From NCBI GenBank assembly GCA_050246815.1, contig JBFWVI010000050.1, positions 1 to 20,089 on the forward strand: a stretch of 20,089 nt of DNA. Reading direction: 5' to 3'. This document shows positions 17,538-20,089 of this stretch, one piece after another (position 1 is the stretch's first letter; the number at the start of each line of letters is the position of its first letter). The DNA is from Bdellovibrionales bacterium. GTDB taxonomy: Bacteria > Bdellovibrionota > Bdellovibrionia > Bdellovibrionales > UBA1609. Under the pieces are notes generated by a model that saw nothing but the letters and a program-made list of their open reading frames with translations, did no database searches and was not told where the DNA came from. Position numbers and translations under genes: made by a program.

Positions 17538-17565
17538 AAAAAAAGAGCCGCTTTCGCGACTCTTT
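17538..17565 (-). terminator. Rho-independent terminator of rplM-rpsI
   Basis: Minus strand reads aaagagtcgc-GAAA-gcggctc followed by T7. Confidence 0.85.
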
Positions 17566-17622
17566 CTTCGTGACATTAATTTGCAGAATTGCCGCAGCGC
17601 CTCTGCACAAAGCAGCAGCTTC

Positions 17623-18021
17623 TTAACGTTTCGAGAACTGGGTGCTCTTACGGGCTTTGTGTTTGCCGTATTTCTTACGTTCGACCATACGCGAATCGCG
17701 AGTAAGCAGTCCGGCCTTTTTCAGCAGCGGGCGCAATTGATCGTTGGCGACCAGTAAAGCGCGGGCGATACCCTGACGGATGGCTTCAGCTTGGCCATTG
17801 GGGCCGCCGCCGGTCACAGTCACGCGCGCATCAAATTTATTGCGGGTGTCGGTCACGGTGAATGGAGTCAAGATGGTCATTTTGCCGGTGGCGGTGGTCA
17901 AATACTGATCGGCGTCTTTGCCGTTCACAGTGATTTTGCCGGCGCCGGTTTTCAAGAACACTCGGGCGGCGCTAGTTTTGCGGCGTCCGGTGGCGTAATA
18001 AACTTCTTTCTTCGCAGCCAT
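17623..18021 (-). CDS. rpsI: 30S ribosomal protein S9
   Basis: ATGRRKTSAARV, GGGPNGQAEAIRQGIARAL, LLTRDSRMVERKKYG...QFSKR. Confidence 0.99.
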   Translation of the reverse strand: MAAKKEVYYATGRRKTSAARVFLKTGAGKITVNGKDADQYLTTATGKMTILTPFTVTDTRNKFDARVTVTGGGPNGQAEAIRQGIARALLVANDQLRPLLKKAGLLTRDSRMVERKKYGKHKARKSTQFSKR

Positions 18022-18024
18022 TTT

Positions 18025-18471
18025 TTAGTTCCTTGTCGCGTGGGCGATGGTGAGCGCCTCAGGACGTTGTGCCTGATGCGGGTGTGCACTGCCTTTGAAG
18101 GCTTTCAATTTCGTCAATTGTTGGCGACCCAATTTAGTTTTGGGCAACATACCGGCCACGGCTTCGGTGATGATCATGGTCGGATCTTTTTCACGCACTT
18201 GGGCGGCGGTCAGCTCTTTGAGTGAGCCGAAGTAGCGCGAGCGGCGATAGAACTTTTCTTGGTCCCATTTGTTACCGGTCATTTTGACCTTTTCGCTATT
18301 GATCACGATAACGAAATCACCCGTGTCGGTGTGGGGAGTAAATTGGGGTTTGGTTTTACCACGCAAAACTTTGGCGATCTCTGTGCACATACGGCCCAGG
18401 GTTTTATCGGTCGCATCGACCAACCACCATTTGCGCTCAACCTCATCAGGTTTTGCTGTCCAGGTCTTCAT
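18025..18471 (-). CDS. rplM: 50S ribosomal protein L13
   Basis: MKTW...WWLVDA..LGR...GKTKPQFTPHTDTGD...GMLPK...HPHQAQ. ATG 18471 after GAGGT. Confidence 0.99.
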   Translation of the reverse strand: MKTWTAKPDEVERKWWLVDATDKTLGRMCTEIAKVLRGKTKPQFTPHTDTGDFVIVINSEKVKMTGNKWDQEKFYRRSRYFGSLKELTAAQVREKDPTMIITEAVAGMLPKTKLGRQQLTKLKAFKGSAHPHQAQRPEALTIAHATRN

Positions 18472-18499
18472 TCGTGTTACCTCGAGTAAGAAGTCGAAA

Positions 18500-18528
18500 G
18501 TTCTAAAGTTTTCGGCACCTGATGTCAA
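18500..18528 (-). promoter_or_regulatory. Putative sigma70 promoter of rplM-rpsI inside the truA 3' end
   Basis: TTGACA (18528-18523), 17 nt spacer, TAGAAC (18505-18500). The TAG is the truA stop codon. Confidence 0.55.
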
Positions 18529-19282
18529 GGTCCCTGGGGTAATGGACCCGAACTAAATAGAGTCCCTGGGCCGCCGCTGTTCCCAAGGCTTTGCGGCGAT
18601 CTTGCGCTTTAAGAATTTCTTTCATCATTTCAGGGGGTTCGCCCGAAAAGTGAAGATCTAAAGCGGTTCCCACAATATTGCGGACCATCTGCTTTAAGAA
18701 GCCAGATCCTTGGATTTCAAACTGGATGGTTTTGCTGCTTTTGCGGGTCCATTGGGCTTTAAAGACCTCACGGACGGTGGTCAGAACCTCGGAGCCCGCA
18801 CTTTGGAAGCTTTTAAAGTCGTGTTGGCCAAGGATTTGCGCCGTTGCCCGGTTTAAATAGTCCAAATCAAGTGGGCGATTGACCCAAAGGGTGCGCTCGC
18901 GGCGCAAAGGGCTTTGCAGGGGCGAATTGTGGATGAGGTAACGGTAAGTTTTACCTGTTGAAGAGGCTAAAGCATGGAAGTCCTCACTGGCTTGCCAGGC
19001 GGCTTTCACGGCCAGGGTTTCGGGGGCCATGGCGTTGAGGCTTCGCAAAATATTGTATTTTTCAAGCCCCACAGGAGCTTGAAAGTGGGCCACCTGCCCC
19101 AAAGCATGCACGCCCGCATCGGTGCGCGAGGCACCGATCACCCGCACCGGCTGGTCGAACAGGCGTGAAATCAGCTGTTCCAGCGTGCCCTGCACAGTGG
19201 GCTTTTGCGACTGCTTTTGTTTTTGCCAGCCTGAAAAACCGGTGCCGTCGTATGTTAACAGCAATTTTAATTTTGGTCCCAT
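18503..19282 (-). CDS. truA: tRNA pseudouridine(38-40) synthase
   Basis: YDGTGFSGWQ, ASRTDAGVHALGQV (catalytic Asp), GQHDFKSF, GSGFLKQMVRNIVG, GLYL. Confidence 0.98.
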   Translation of the reverse strand: MGPKLKLLLTYDGTGFSGWQKQKQSQKPTVQGTLEQLISRLFDQPVRVIGASRTDAGVHALGQVAHFQAPVGLEKYNILRSLNAMAPETLAVKAAWQASEDFHALASSTGKTYRYLIHNSPLQSPLRRERTLWVNRPLDLDYLNRATAQILGQHDFKSFQSAGSEVLTTVREVFKAQWTRKSSKTIQFEIQGSGFLKQMVRNIVGTALDLHFSGEPPEMMKEILKAQDRRKALGTAAAQGLYLVRVHYPRDLDIRCRKL

Positions 19283-19301
19283 TGAGGTGATTCCGTACTA
19301 T

Positions 19302-19706
19302 CTACCAATAAAATTCGCCAGCCTTTGTCTCAACTCCGTGCCAGCGCGAGAACGTTTCGGTCTTACCGATAAAAGATTCGTCATGACCAGTAAAGCAACT
19401 TTCTGGCGATTGGCGAACTAAGTGGCGTATTCGTTTAAGGTGGCTTTGACAAAGGGTGCCTTCAAAGGCTTTGCCGTAACCGTACGTGCGGGTGATTCCT
19501 TTGAAATCAGTGGCCTGGATTTGCAGTTCTTGGACTAAGAAATGCTTTTTATCTTCGACATATGAAAAGTCCTCACACCAAATCTTGATATTTTTACGAT
19601 TAAAGCAGCGGGTTATGGAAAACTCATTGGGGCCACTCCAACTTCGCGCATCAGCAGAAAATGGCATAACGCTTAACATAACGGCCCAAAATATAATGCG
19701 GATCAC
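19302..19706 (-). CDS. Secreted hypothetical protein (134 aa, 4 Cys)
   Basis: GTG start overlaps the upstream TGA (GTGA); signal peptide ending ADA. Confidence 0.7.
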   Translation of the reverse strand: MIRIIFWAVMLSVMPFSADARSWSGPNEFSITRCFNRKNIKIWCEDFSYVEDKKHFLVQELQIQATDFKGITRTYGYGKAFEGTLCQSHLKRIRHLVRQSPESCFTGHDESFIGKTETFSRWHGVETKAGEFYW

Positions 19707-20089
19707 CTAGGAGCCCCTTTTTGCAGCAGAGCCATGGTTTCGAAAAAGTTTTTCATCCCCGCTTTTGTTTTAAAGTCGCCCTTGCCTTTTAAATAGCCCT
19801 TGTAGTGGGCGATTGCTTCATCCCAATTGGCCTCTCGTTTTAAAATTCGACCTGCCAAATCCTTTTTGTGAAAGAGCCAGCGGGTGGCGGCTGCAATAGC
19901 GAGTTCGGGCTTTTTGACATCGTTAGCGGTCAAGGTCATGAAATGGTTCGACAGCTCCCCGTGTTCGTCCGTTAAAATTTTTCTAGTTTCATCGGATATT
20001 TGCAAGGGGCCACGAGCGTAGTTTCTTGCGCGAATTCGCTGATCTTTTACTTTGAGGTTAAAAGAAGACTCACTGAAAAAAAGAGCCTT
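19703..20089 (-). CDS. SLT-like lytic transglycosylase domain protein (5' end outside the window)
   Basis: The frame is open to the window edge: KALFFSESSFN...ARGPLQI...AIAAATRWL...WDEAIAHYKG. These correspond to the SLT motifs ES (catalytic Glu), GLMQ and AYNxG. Confidence 0.75.
   Translation of the reverse strand, partial: KALFFSESSFNLKVKDQRIRARNYARGPLQISDETRKILTDEHGELSNHFMTLTANDVKKPELAIAAATRWLFHKKDLAGRILKREANWDEAIAHYKGYLKGKGDFKTKAGMKNFFETMALLQKGAPR

Overview
Mostly housekeeping chromosome of roughly 50% GC. The gene repertoire and protein style suggest a Bdellovibrionota-like bacterium, but this is inference only. Left to right: a glutathione S-transferase running off the left edge (not in the ORF track), a small secreted protein, an Opp/Dpp-type peptide ABC importer operon with a fused ATPase, a HAD phosphatase, an O-methyltransferase, two divergent secreted hypotheticals, a minus-strand run (TonB-like protein, degenerate NTP-transferase, AceE-like ThDP enzyme, alpha/beta hydrolase), a PP2C phosphatase, an M23 peptidase, a secreted 4-Cys protein, truA-rplM-rpsI, and an AT-richer pair at the right edge (SLT-like lytic transglycosylase plus a coupled secreted protein). 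The most unusual signal is non-coding. Two long intergenic hairpins (1066-1167 and 16547-16737) have largely unrelated arms but share a 42-44 nt core (37/44 aligned columns identical), and both sit directly at a stop codon in the sense orientation. Also notable: an exact 22-bp duplication of the rpsI terminator bracketing one orphan gene, a sigma28-type promoter before the TonB-like gene, and a candidate muramidase/immunity pair. No CRISPR array, tRNA, rRNA or transposase was seen.
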